A stretch of DNA of 64,000 nt, taken from positions 1,568,001 through 1,632,000 of the forward strand of contig JASGHJ010000001.1 of the NCBI GenBank assembly GCA_047602405.1, in the 5' to 3' direction. This stretch comes from Anaeromyxobacteraceae bacterium. Lineage in GTDB: Bacteria > Myxococcota > Myxococcia > Myxococcales > Anaeromyxobacteraceae. Position 1 is the stretch's first letter; each line of letters opens with the position of its first letter. A program made the translations under genes and the position numbers. Below are positions 8,902-18,010 of this stretch, in pieces. The notes below the pieces were generated by a model, which ran no database searches, had not been told where the DNA came from, and saw only the letters and a list, made by a program, of their open reading frames with translations.

Positions 8902-9312
8902 GTGATCCTCGCCGTCCTCCGCGCCACCTCCACGAGCGCCGATCTCTCCGCGCTCCTCGCCGCGCACCCCGCGGTCGAGCCCGGCAGCACCTGGCAGAAG
9001 GGCGACCCCGACCTCCGCGGCGAGCGCGAGGAGGCGAGCGGCTTCAGCCTGCTCGTCTCGCAGGACCTCCCGTGGGAGGAGACGCTCGAGGCCACCCTCG
9101 CGCGGCTCGCCGAGCTCGCGCCGCTCCTGCGGGACCTGCGCGCCGCGGGCGCCGACGTCTGGGTGGACTTCGGGATGACCGTCGGCGCGCTCGAGTCCTA
9201 CGCCGAGGCGGTCGTGTTCTCGCCCGAGGACCTGGGCCGCCTCGCCGCGCTGGGCGTGGCGGTGGTCGTCTCGGCCTACCCGGTCGGCGACGGCGAAGCC
9301 CTCTCATCCTGA
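8902..9312 (+). CDS. Hypothetical protein (DUF4279-like)
   Basis: Plausible codon usage; WQKGD...LAALGV.V..SAY pattern; stop codon lies within a repeat. Confidence 0.55.
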   Translation: MILAVLRATSTSADLSALLAAHPAVEPGSTWQKGDPDLRGEREEASGFSLLVSQDLPWEETLEATLARLAELAPLLRDLRAAGADVWVDFGMTVGALESYAEAVVFSPEDLGRLAALGVAVVVSAYPVGDGEALSS

Positions 9313-9420
9313 GCGTAGCCGCGCCCGACTGCTCAACCTGAGCGTAGCCATGCCTGCCCGCTCATCCTGAGCGTAGCCATGCCTGCCCGCTCATCCTGAG
9401 CGTAGCCGAAGGATGAGCCG
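9303..9420. repeat. Tandem array of four 29-bp units derived from the end of repeat family A
   Basis: CTCA(T/A)CCTGAGCGTAGCC at 9303, 9332, 9361 and 9390. Confidence 0.9.
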
Positions 9421-9868
9421 CTAGTACCAGAACATGCACGCGAGGATCAGCACCCAGAGCAGGTGCCCGATCCCGTTCACCATCGCGATGCGCTTCGCGG
9501 CGGGGTCGCCCGCCGGCACGTCCTCGCCCGCCTGGATGCGCGCCACGAGCTTCTTCGCGGCCGGCGAGAGCATCGCCCCGTAGAGGCCGAGCCGCACCAC
9601 TGCGAGCACGAGCCCGAGGACGATCGACATCCGCGGGTGCGTCTTCATCGCCATCTCCTGGTAGCCGATGATCGCGAACCCGGTGAGGATCGTGGCCGCG
9701 CCCGCCCACTGGTCCGCGCGCACCGCCGAGAGGAGCCGCGCCGGCAGCGCCGTCACGAAGGGCTTCCCGAGCGCGAGCGTCCGCCGGACGTCGCCGGCCA
9801 CCCAGACCGCGGCAGCGAGCCAGCTCGAGGCGGCGAGGACGTGGGCGAAGAGGAGGATTCTGGATCAC
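9421..9868 (-). CDS. Four-TM hypothetical membrane protein, apparent +1 frameshift near the start
   Basis: GGAG-preceded GTG ATC CAG (A) ATC CTC CTC TTC GCC CAC...; removing one A at about 9858 gives MIQILLFAHVLAASSWLAAAVWVAGD...FWY. Confidence 0.7.
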
Positions 9869-9970
9869 GGTGGTCTCCGGGCGGGCTGTTCGGGCAGCGG
9901 GCTCTTAACGGGCCGCCAGGCCGGTTTCACTGCGACTTCTTGCCCGACTGGACCACCCCGAAACCGTACG

Positions 9971-10012
9971 CCCCGAGCGTAGCCGCCGCACAGCGGCGGC
10001 GAAGACGAGGGG
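9971..10012 (-). repeat. Repeat family A
   Basis: CCCGAGCGTAGCCGCCGCACAGCGGCGGCGAAGACGAGGG. Confidence 0.8.
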
Positions 10013-10107
10013 CGGTGCGCCGCAGGGGTGAACCCGGAGTTGCGGGGCCTGGGCCTGGGCGAGACCGTACGATGCGTGTGAGTACGGGGAGGACCGAGTT
10101 GGCCTTT

Positions 10108-10314
10108 ATGACGAGATGGACCCAGCGATTCGCGCTCGGCCGCCCCGCCACCGCCGACGAGGTCGTGGAGGCGCTACGGGCTCGTGTCGCCGCGCTCGGC
10201 GTGAGCGCGCGCCGCGTGGACTCGACCGGACTCGAGTTCTCGAGCGAGTGGGATTGGATGCGCTCGCGTTGGCATCCGGCGATCGACTCCCCACCGGCCT
10301 CCTCACGCCGGTGA
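10108..10314 (+). pseudogene. Possible gene remnant or short hypothetical ORF
   Basis: GGAGGA upstream of MTRWTQRFALG...; the ORF degrades after WHP. Confidence 0.25.
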
Positions 10315-10398
10315 CCGACCCGTGCATCTGCGCGCGTGCGACGAAGACGTCTTCCTCGTGTGGGCGCGGCCGCCCGCGCCCTGAGCGCCAGGCGCGGA

Positions 10399-11724
10399 CT
10401 ACGGCGCCCGGGCAACCGCCCGCGACCGCAGCACCGCCGCGAGCGCGTCGGCGACCCGAGGGGCCTCGTTCGCCGGCAGCGCCCCGATCGCGATCCGCAC
10501 GCCGGGCGGCGACTGGAGCCGGTACCGTGCCCCGCCGCGCACGCAGAGGCCCCGTGCGGCGAGCCCGGCGACGACCTCCGCCTCGTCCGGCACCGGCACC
10601 CAGACCACGAGGCCGGAGCGGCCGTGGGCCTCGACGCCCCGGGCGCGGAGCGCGGCCAGCAATGCCTCGCGCCGCTCGACGTACACCTTCCGCGCCTTCG
10701 CGACGGCGGCCGCGGCGCCCCGGTCGGCCATCGCGGCGAGCGCGAGCTGCTGCAGGTAACCGGAGATCCAGCCCGCCGAGAGCCACTGCTCGCGGCGCAT
10801 GCGCTCGAGCGTCGCCGTGTCGCCGGCCGCGACGCCGACGCGGACGTCGGGCGCGACGGGCTTCGTGAACGAGCGCACCACGAGCCAGCGCTCCCGGCGG
10901 CCGACCACGTCCTCGTAGGGCGCGGACGAGAGCAGGCTCAGGTAGTCGTCGACGAGGACCGCGACGTCGGGGTGGGCGGCGAGCACCTTCCGGAGCGCGG
11001 CGGCGCGCGCCGGCGACAGGGCCGCCCCGGTGGGACTCTGGCAGCGCGCGGTGAGGACGACCGCGCGGGCCCCCGCGCGCAGCGCGCCGGCGAGCGCCTC
11101 GGCGCGCATGCCCTCGTCGTCCACCGCGACCGGCACCGGCACGAGCCCGAGCGCCGAGACGCAGGCGTGGTGCTCGTTGAAGCCGGGGTCCTCGACGGCC
11201 ACCCGGTCGCCGGGCGCGAGGTTCGCACGGAGCGCGCCGTGGATGGCCGGGATCGCGCCGGCGGTGGCCATGAGCTCGCCGCCGGGGACCCCGTCCTCCT
11301 CGAAGGCCTCGCGGGAGCGCCGGGCGAGCGCCGGGAGGAGGTGGTCGCCGTCGTAGCGCCCGGGGTCCGGGTCGAGCCCGGCGAGGAGGCGGGCGAGGTC
11401 CGGGAGCAGCGCCGGATCCGGGCTCGCGGCGCGCAGGTCGAGCGCGCCCGCGGGCGCCTCGGCGTCGACGTACTCGCGGCGGGCCGGCGGCGCGAGCACG
11501 CGGGTGCCGCGCCGGCCGTCGGCGCGGACGACGCCGCGCTGGGCGAGCAGGCGGTACGCGGAGGCGGCGGTGCCGGGCGAGATGCCGAGCGTGGTCGCGA
11601 GCTCCCGGACGGGTGGGAGGAGCGCCTCGGGCGGGACGCGGCCGGCGCGCACGAGCGCCTCGATCCCCGAGGCGACCTTGACGGCGGGCCCGGCGGCCAC
11701 GTATCTCTGTATCACCTCGATCAA
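10399..11724 (-). CDS. MocR/GntR-family regulator with PLP-dependent aminotransferase domain
   Basis: LPPVRELA..L.ISPGT...AYRLL winged HTH; VAVEDPG and RSFTK motifs. Confidence 0.9.
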   Translation of the reverse strand: MIEVIQRYVAAGPAVKVASGIEALVRAGRVPPEALLPPVRELATTLGISPGTAASAYRLLAQRGVVRADGRRGTRVLAPPARREYVDAEAPAGALDLRAASPDPALLPDLARLLAGLDPDPGRYDGDHLLPALARRSREAFEEDGVPGGELMATAGAIPAIHGALRANLAPGDRVAVEDPGFNEHHACVSALGLVPVPVAVDDEGMRAEALAGALRAGARAVVLTARCQSPTGAALSPARAAALRKVLAAHPDVAVLVDDYLSLLSSAPYEDVVGRRERWLVVRSFTKPVAPDVRVGVAAGDTATLERMRREQWLSAGWISGYLQQLALAAMADRGAAAAVAKARKVYVERREALLAALRARGVEAHGRSGLVVWVPVPDEAEVVAGLAARGLCVRGGARYRLQSPPGVRIAIGALPANEAPRVADALAAVLRSRAVARAP

Positions 11725-11728
11725 CGAG

Positions 11729-11742
11729 TTGTATCGTTACAA
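11729..11742. promoter_or_regulatory. Putative MocR operator in the divergent mocR/eamA intergenic region
   Basis: TTGTA-TCGT-TACAA inverted repeat with GTATC direct repeats nearby; TTGACA on the minus strand at 11757-11762. Confidence 0.5.
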
Positions 11743-11771
11743 AATGAGTGACGAGATGTCAAGCACGGGAA

Positions 11772-11822
11772 CGTCCCTCGTCTCCGCCCCCGCTGCGCGG
11801 GGGCTACGCTCGGGACGAACGG
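11772..11822 (+). repeat. Repeat family A
   Basis: CGTCCCTCGTCTCC-hairpin-TACGCTCGGGACGAACGG. Confidence 0.85.
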
Positions 11823-11830
11823 AAGAGCCG

Positions 11831-12799
11831 ATGGTCGTCACCCAGGGGCGCGCGCCCGCCACGCCGCGCGCCGCGCTCGTCTTCGCGTTCGCGGTGCTCT
11901 ATCTCGTCTGGGGGTCCACGTTCCTCGGCATCAAGGTGGCGGTGGAGACCATCCCGCCGTTCGCGATGCCGGCGATCCGGTTCCTCGTGTCGGGCCTCGT
12001 GCTGCTGGCGGTCCGCTGGCGCGCGCTCGCGGCGGTCACCGCGCGGCAGTGGCGGAACGCCTTCGTGCTGGGCGGGCTCTTCTTCCTCGGCAACCACGCG
12101 ATGGTCTGCACCGCGGCGCCGTACCTGCCCTCCGGCCTCGGCTCGATCATCATCGCGACCGAGGTGCCCGTCATCGCGGTGCTCTCGAGCCTGCTCCTCC
12201 CGGGCCACCCGCTGACCAAGAAGACGCTCGCCGGCGGCGCGCTCGGCCTGGCCGGGGTCGCGGTCCTGTTCCTCGGGACCGGCGGCGCCGACGGGCACGC
12301 GCCGGTGGGCCCGAGCCTGCTCTTCCTCGGGGCGTCGATCTCCTGGTCGATCGGCGTCGTGATCTCCCAGCGGCTCGACCAGCCCGCGGACCCGATGCTC
12401 CGGGCCGGGCTGCAGATGGCCGCGGGCGGGCTCCTGCTCGCGGCCGGCAGCGTGCTCCGCGGCGAGCCGGCGGCGCTGCTCCAGCACGGCGCCTCGCACC
12501 GGTCGCTCTGGGCGCTCGCCTACCTCGTGACCTTCGGGTCGATCCTGGCGTTCGGCTGCTTCACCTGGCTCCTGACGAAGGTGAAGCCCGCCCAGGTGGC
12601 GACGCACGTCTTCGTGAACCCGCTCGTCGCGGTCGCGCTCGGGGTCTGGCTCGCGGGCGAGCGGCTCCTGCCGGTGCACTTCCTCGCCGGCGCGTTCATC
12701 CTCGCGTCGGTGATGGTGATCAACGGGACGTTCTCGCGTCCTTCGACTTCGGCCCGCCTGCGGCGGGCCTACGCTCAGGATGAGCGGCCAGAGGGCTAG
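11831..12799 (+). CDS. EamA/DMT family transporter
   Basis: LYLVWGSTFLGIK, YLVTFGS..AF..F.WLL and VNPLVAV.LG motifs. Confidence 0.92.
   Translation: MVVTQGRAPATPRAALVFAFAVLYLVWGSTFLGIKVAVETIPPFAMPAIRFLVSGLVLLAVRWRALAAVTARQWRNAFVLGGLFFLGNHAMVCTAAPYLPSGLGSIIIATEVPVIAVLSSLLLPGHPLTKKTLAGGALGLAGVAVLFLGTGGADGHAPVGPSLLFLGASISWSIGVVISQRLDQPADPMLRAGLQMAAGGLLLAAGSVLRGEPAALLQHGASHRSLWALAYLVTFGSILAFGCFTWLLTKVKPAQVATHVFVNPLVAVALGVWLAGERLLPVHFLAGAFILASVMVINGTFSRPSTSARLRRAYAQDERPEG
12738..12787 (+). repeat. Repeat family A encoding the EamA C-terminus
   Basis: GTCCTTCGACTTCGGCCCGCCTGCGGCGGGCCTACGCTCAGGATGAGCGG. Confidence 0.88.
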
Positions 12800-14526
12800 T
12801 AGCGCCACCCGTGCGCGATCGGCAGCCTGCGCCCCTCGCCGAAGGCCTTCTCGGAGACCTTGAGCACCGGCGCCGCCTGGCGGCGCTTGTACTCGCTCCC
12901 GACCACCATCCGGAGCACGCGCCGGACGGTCGCCTCGTCGTGGCCGCGGGCGACGATCTCGGCGGCGGGCAGGCGCTGCTCGACGTACGCCTCGAGGATG
13001 TCGTCGAGGACGTCGTACGGGGGCAGGGAGTCCTGGTCCACCTGGCCGGGCTTCAGCTCCGCCGACGGCGGCTTCGTGAAGGTCCGCTCCGGGATGAGCT
13101 GCCGCTTCGCGCGGGCGTTCGCGGCGCGGGAGACGCGGTACACGAGCGTCTTCGGCACGTCGCCGATGACCGCGAGGCCGCCCGCCATGTCGCCGTAGAG
13201 CGTGCAGTAGCCGACCGCGAGCTCGCTCTTGTTGCCGGTCGAGAGCACGAGGCCGCCCGTGTCGTTCGAGAGCGCCATCAGGATCTGCCCGCGCACGCGC
13301 GCCTGGACGTTCTGCTCGGCGAGATCCCCGAGGGCCTTGCCGCGGGAGACCTCGAGCTGGGCCATGAACGCGGCGTGCATCGGCTCGATCGGCACCTCCA
13401 TGAACCGGATGCCGAGCGTCCGGGCGAGCACCGCCGCGTCCTCGCGGGAGTGGCCGGACGAGTAGCGCGACGGCATCGCCACCCCGAGCACCTGCTGCGG
13501 CCCGAGCGCCTCCGCCGCGATGACGGCGGTGAGCGCCGAGTCGATGCCGCCGGAGAGGCCGACGACCGCGCTCCGGAAGCCGCACTTCCTCACGTAGTCG
13601 CGCACGCCCAGGACGAGCGCGCGGAGGACCTCGTCGGCGACGGGGTCCTGTGCCTCCGCGGGCGCTGCCCCGGGGGCCGGCGCGCCCGGGGGGAGCGGCC
13701 GCCCCTCGAGGTCGAGCACCTGCACCTCGCCCGAGCCGTCGGTCGAGGCGATCACGATCGCCTCCTCGAAGAGCGGCGCGCGGGCGAGGATCGTGCCGTC
13801 CTTCCCGACGAGCAGCGAGCCGCCGTCGAAGAGGAGCGCGTCGTTCCCGCCCACCTGGTTCACGTAGGCGATGGGCGCGCCGTGGTCGCGCGCCGCCGCG
13901 GAGAGCATGCGCTCGCGCAGCGCGGGCTTCCCGATCGCGTACGGCGAGGCCGAGAGGTTGACGATGAGGCCCGCGCCCGCCTGCACGAGCTCGCCGATGG
14001 GATCGCGCGTGTAGCGCGGCCGGTCCCAGAAGCGCTTGTCGTTCCAGACGTCCTCGCAGATGGAGAGCCCGACCCGCATGCCGACCGACTCGGCGTCGGC
14101 CGCGGTGGAGATGGGCGCCGGGAGGAAGTAGCGCGTCTCGTCGAAGACGTCGTAGGTCGGGAGGAGGGACTTCCGCCCCACCTGGACGACCCGGCCGCCT
14201 TCGAGGAACGCCACCGAGTTGTAGAGGCCGGGCGGCGGCCCGCCCGGGACGGGCTCGGGGTAGCCGATCGCGATCGCGACGTCGCGCGACCACTCGGCGG
14301 GGGCGGCGAGCTCGGCCAGGGTCCGCCGCGCGGCCTCCACGAACTCGGGCAGGTCGAGGAAGTCCCGCGGGGGGTATCCGCAGAGCGTGAGCTCCGGGAA
14401 GACCACGACGCCCGCGCCGGCGGCGCGGGCCCGCTCGGTCGCGGCGCGGATGCGGGCCGCGTTGCTGGTGAAGTCGCCGATCGTCGTGTCGATCTGCGCG
14501 AGCGCGATGCGTCCGGGGTTCGCCAC
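12796..14526 (-). CDS. nadE: Glutamine-dependent NAD+ synthetase
   Basis: Nitrilase domain (FPEL, K.LLP.YDVFDE, ICEDVW) plus GLSGGIDS, TGNKSE and PPSAEL. Confidence 0.96.
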   Translation of the reverse strand: MANPGRIALAQIDTTIGDFTSNAARIRAATERARAAGAGVVVFPELTLCGYPPRDFLDLPEFVEAARRTLAELAAPAEWSRDVAIAIGYPEPVPGGPPPGLYNSVAFLEGGRVVQVGRKSLLPTYDVFDETRYFLPAPISTAADAESVGMRVGLSICEDVWNDKRFWDRPRYTRDPIGELVQAGAGLIVNLSASPYAIGKPALRERMLSAAARDHGAPIAYVNQVGGNDALLFDGGSLLVGKDGTILARAPLFEEAIVIASTDGSGEVQVLDLEGRPLPPGAPAPGAAPAEAQDPVADEVLRALVLGVRDYVRKCGFRSAVVGLSGGIDSALTAVIAAEALGPQQVLGVAMPSRYSSGHSREDAAVLARTLGIRFMEVPIEPMHAAFMAQLEVSRGKALGDLAEQNVQARVRGQILMALSNDTGGLVLSTGNKSELAVGYCTLYGDMAGGLAVIGDVPKTLVYRVSRAANARAKRQLIPERTFTKPPSAELKPGQVDQDSLPPYDVLDDILEAYVEQRLPAAEIVARGHDEATVRRVLRMVVGSEYKRRQAAPVLKVSEKAFGEGRRLPIAHGWRY

Positions 14527-14552
14527 GGAGGGATGCTACATTACCGCGCGGG

Positions 14553-15561
14553 ATGGTACCCCGCATTCTGCTCGCGGAGGACGGCAAGGCCGTCGTGCAG
14601 GTCATCGAGCGCGGCGCGGCGCTCGCGGGCGCGCACGTCGACGCGGTGCCGCTCTCGCGGGCGGCGACGGGGCTCGCGCCCGAGCACGGCGCGGCGATCG
14701 TCCACGGCGCCGGCCCGGGCGACGCGCTCATCGCGGCGATGCGGGCCGCGCACCCCGACCTCCCGATCGTCGCGCTCTTCTACGACGACGACGACGCCAC
14801 CGGCGCGGGCCCGGGCGCCGCGGGCGCGGACGGCAGCCTGGTCGGTCCGCTCACGCTCCCCGCGGTCGCCGGCACCGTCCGGCTCGCGCTGCGCCTCCGC
14901 GAGGCGCGCCTCGCCGCCGCCGACCGGGAGCTCGCCGCCCCGCCGCTCCCCGCGCCGCCACCGGTCGCCGACCTCGCCGCGGACGCGGCCGCCGCGACCG
15001 CGAACGGCCGCGGCGAGCCGGACGCCGGGGCGGCCGCCGGGGCGGCGCAGCAGCCCGCGGGCGGCAACCAGGGGCTCGAGCTGCTGAAGCGGCTCATCGT
15101 GCTCGAGGTGAAGCGATCGCGGCGCTACAAGCTGCCGGTGTCGATCGCGATCGTGGCGCTCGACGGCTGGCCGGAGCGCGCGGCGGAGCTCTCCGGGGCG
15201 GAGCGGCAGGCCACGCTCGCGAGCGTGCTCGGCACCGTGGCCGGCGCGCTCCGCGACATCGACATGGTGGTCCCGTTCCCGGACGATCGCCTCGTCGCGC
15301 TCCTGCCGCACACCGACCGCGCCGGGGCGCTCGTCGTGGCCGGCCGGATCGTCTCCCGGATCCGGAACCTCGCCGGGCCGCACCCGCTGACCGCGAGCGC
15401 CGGGATCGCCACGCACGACGGCGAGGGCGACGGCCAGAATCTCCTTCGCGAGCCTCGTGAAGCGGGCGTCCGGCGCGCTCACCCGCGCCCGCGGCGCGGG
15501 GGGCGATCAGGCGCTCGCCGGCGACCCCCCGAAGCGCAAGGAACGCATCGTCATCGGGTAG
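14553..15561 (+). CDS. Pseudo-receiver plus degenerate GGDEF domain protein, apparent +1 frameshift at about 15438
   Basis: RILLAED N-terminus; EVKRSRRY..PVSIAIVALD; LRDIDMVVPFPDDRL; LTASAGIA; +1 frame continues ISFASLVKRASGALTRARGAGGD...IVIG to TAG 15561. Confidence 0.8.
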
Positions 15562-15566
15562 CAACC

Positions 15567-16520
15567 GTGCGCGCGCTCGCCACCCTCGCGTTCGTCCTCG
15601 CCGCCTGCACCCGCCCGCCCGAGCTCCCGGTCGTGCGCGTCCACGTGGCCGCCGACCTCCACGAGGGCGCGCTCGGCGCCGCGGCGGCCTGGTCCCGCCT
15701 CGCCCGGGTCGCGCCCGCGGCCCGCCCCGAGGACGCCGAGCTCGCCTGGCTGGCCGATCCCGTGGCCGCGCTCGCGCTGGGCGAGCGGGCCGCGCCGGGC
15801 AGCGCCCCGGCGGCCGAGGGCGTCCCCGCGCGCCACCTCGACCCGAGGGCGCGCTTCGCGCCGCTCGGCGCGCGGACCCGGGTGCTGCTCGTCCGGCCGG
15901 GGGCGAAGCTGCCGTTCGAGCCCCAGGGGCTGCCGCAGCTCGCCGACCCACGGCTGCGCGGCCGCGTGGCCGTGGTGCCGCTCGCGCGGGGGCAGGGCCC
16001 GTCCACCGTCGCCGCGCTGGCGCTCGCCCACGGCCCGCGGGCCGTCGACCGCTTCCTCGGTGGCCTGGCCTCGAACGGCCCCGTGCTCGCCGGGAGCGAC
16101 GAGGAGGTGCGCACGCTCCTCCTGTCCGGCGCCGCCGACGTGGGGCTCGCGAGCTCGCGGGAGGCCGCCGCCGCGGCCGCCGGGGCGGGCGGCCTCAAGG
16201 TGATCTGGCCCGACCAGCGCGGCCGGGGCGCCGTCGTGCTGCCCACCGCGCTCGTCGTGCTGCCCGGCGCGGGCCCGGCCGCCCGGGCGCTCGCGGCGTG
16301 GCTCGCGGGGCCCGACGGCGAGCGCCTGCTCGTCGCCCGCGTCCCGGGGCTCCTCCCGCTGCGCACCGGCGTCCCGGTGCCGCCCGGCGTCGAGCCCGCC
16401 GGGAACCTGCTCGCCCTGCCGCTCGACTGGGACGCGCTCGCCGCCGAGGCCGAGGCGCGCCGTCCGTCGCTCGCGGGGTGGCCGGAAGCGTTCACGCAGG
16501 GTGCCGCCCCGCCGAAGTGA
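15567..16520 (+). CDS. ABC-type substrate-binding lipoprotein (Fe3+/AfuA-like fold)
   Basis: GTG start, lipobox LAAC, LADPRLRGRVAV and VIWPDQ..G. Confidence 0.65.
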   Translation: MRALATLAFVLAACTRPPELPVVRVHVAADLHEGALGAAAAWSRLARVAPAARPEDAELAWLADPVAALALGERAAPGSAPAAEGVPARHLDPRARFAPLGARTRVLLVRPGAKLPFEPQGLPQLADPRLRGRVAVVPLARGQGPSTVAALALAHGPRAVDRFLGGLASNGPVLAGSDEEVRTLLLSGAADVGLASSREAAAAAAGAGGLKVIWPDQRGRGAVVLPTALVVLPGAGPAARALAAWLAGPDGERLLVARVPGLLPLRTGVPVPPGVEPAGNLLALPLDWDALAAEAEARRPSLAGWPEAFTQGAAPPK

Positions 16521-16554
16521 GGGCCGGGGCGCCCGGGCGGCCTGACATTCGGGC

Positions 16555-17964
16555 GTGCACCGCCCCGGCCCGCTCCGCGCCGCCCTCACCCTCGCCGCCG
16601 TCCTCGCCCCCTCCCTCGTCCCTGCCGCCCCCCGCGCGAAGCCGCGCTGCCCGGGGCGCTACGCGACCTCGCCCGCCGCGCTCTCCGAGGCCGCGCGCGA
16701 CCTCGAGAGCCGGCCGCGCGCCGGGTACGTCCTCTGCCTGCGCGCGACCGCCGTGTTCGAGTCGGTCTCGTACGGCCCGGGCGGCCGGCTCCGGCGCCAG
16801 TACCACGTGAAGGTCCGGCACGGGACGGGCTTCGCCTACCGCGCCGGCGACGGGCGCGTGCTCGTCGCCACCAACCACCACGTCATCGACTTCCCGGACG
16901 TGACCGGCGACGCCGACGACGTCGTGGACGGCGTCCCGGGCGGCGCGCTGCGCGTCCGGGCGGAGGTGCGGGTGGTGGGGAGCGAGGCCGACCCCGAGGA
17001 CCCCTCCCAGCCGCTGCTCTCGACGGTGCTCGTCGCGCACGCGCTCGACCTCGCGATCCTCGCCGGGCCGCCCACGCTCCCGGTCATGCCCTACCGGCTC
17101 GGGCGCTCGGCGGACCTCCGCGTCGGCGACGCCGTGCTCGTGCGCGGCTACCCGCTCGGCGCGTTCGCGGCCCGCAACGCCGGCTCGGTGATCGGCCTCG
17201 CGCAGCGGGACACCGAGCGCGGCTGGGACCACGAGGACTTCGCGGTGGACGCGCTGCTCAACCTCGGCAGCTCGGGCAGCCCGGTGCTCGCGATCGCCTG
17301 CGACACCGGCGAGCCGGAGCTCGTCGGCATCTACCACGCCGGCTACAAGGGCGCGCAGGGGCTCAACGTGGTGATCGCCGTCGACGGCCTGCGCGAGGCG
17401 CTCCTCACGCTGAAGGCGCCCGCACCGGCCCCGGCCGCGCCGCCCGTGCCCAGGGCCGATCCCGCGCTCGCGCGCACCGCGCTCGAGGCGGGCCCGGTGA
17501 CGTTCCCGTTCGGCGGCCGGACCGTGCTCGCGCGGCGCGCCGGGCAGGCGGTCGCGTTCTCGCTGCTCGATCCCGCCTGGCCGCTCTCCGAGCGGGTCGA
17601 GCTGCAGGTCGTGGACGGGGGCGGCGACCCGGCGCCCGGCGCGGCCCGCGAGCTGCGCGCCGCGCTCTGGGAGCAGCTCGCACTCGTGGTCGAGTGGCGG
17701 CGGGCGGAGCGCGCGGGCGAGGGCGGGGCCGCGCGCCGCGAGCAGATCTCGGGGGCGCTGCGCGAGCTCCGCGCTCCCCAGGACGAGCTCGTCGCCGCGC
17801 TCCACGCGGGTGCCGCGGGCCTGACTCGGGACCCCGCAGGAGCGATCGATTCGCCGAAGGGTGGTCGCGATCGGGTTCGGGGCGCGCCCGACCTCGCTAC
17901 ACCCACGGTGAATTTGCAGCGGGTGGAGGGCGCGAACGCCGCCGGGCCTGTAAACGCACGTTGA
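16555..17964 (+). CDS. Secreted trypsin-like (S1) serine protease
   Basis: Signal peptide; catalytic triad motifs TNHHV, DLAIL and GSSGSP. Confidence 0.8.
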   Translation: MHRPGPLRAALTLAAVLAPSLVPAAPRAKPRCPGRYATSPAALSEAARDLESRPRAGYVLCLRATAVFESVSYGPGGRLRRQYHVKVRHGTGFAYRAGDGRVLVATNHHVIDFPDVTGDADDVVDGVPGGALRVRAEVRVVGSEADPEDPSQPLLSTVLVAHALDLAILAGPPTLPVMPYRLGRSADLRVGDAVLVRGYPLGAFAARNAGSVIGLAQRDTERGWDHEDFAVDALLNLGSSGSPVLAIACDTGEPELVGIYHAGYKGAQGLNVVIAVDGLREALLTLKAPAPAPAAPPVPRADPALARTALEAGPVTFPFGGRTVLARRAGQAVAFSLLDPAWPLSERVELQVVDGGGDPAPGAARELRAALWEQLALVVEWRRAERAGEGGAARREQISGALRELRAPQDELVAALHAGAAGLTRDPAGAIDSPKGGRDRVRGAPDLATPTVNLQRVEGANAAGPVNAR

Positions 17965-18010
17965 CAGGTTCTTGCGAAAATTCTTCGCTCCCCGGACGGG
18001 ATCTGCTGTC

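Noticed and set aside
9303..9420. CRISPR-like mini-array
   Set aside because: Spacers are only 11 bp, two are identical, the core matches dispersed repeat family A, and no cas genes are present
9862..9870. TGA readthrough as the explanation for the missing start of the 9421 gene
   Set aside because: No Cys/redox context; the SD-preceded GTG plus a one-base correction explains it and matches three other sites
14553..16520. Single 655-aa GGDEF/substrate-binding fusion
   Set aside because: Produced by the extra A at about 15438; correcting it gives two genes, the second with its own lipoprotein signal
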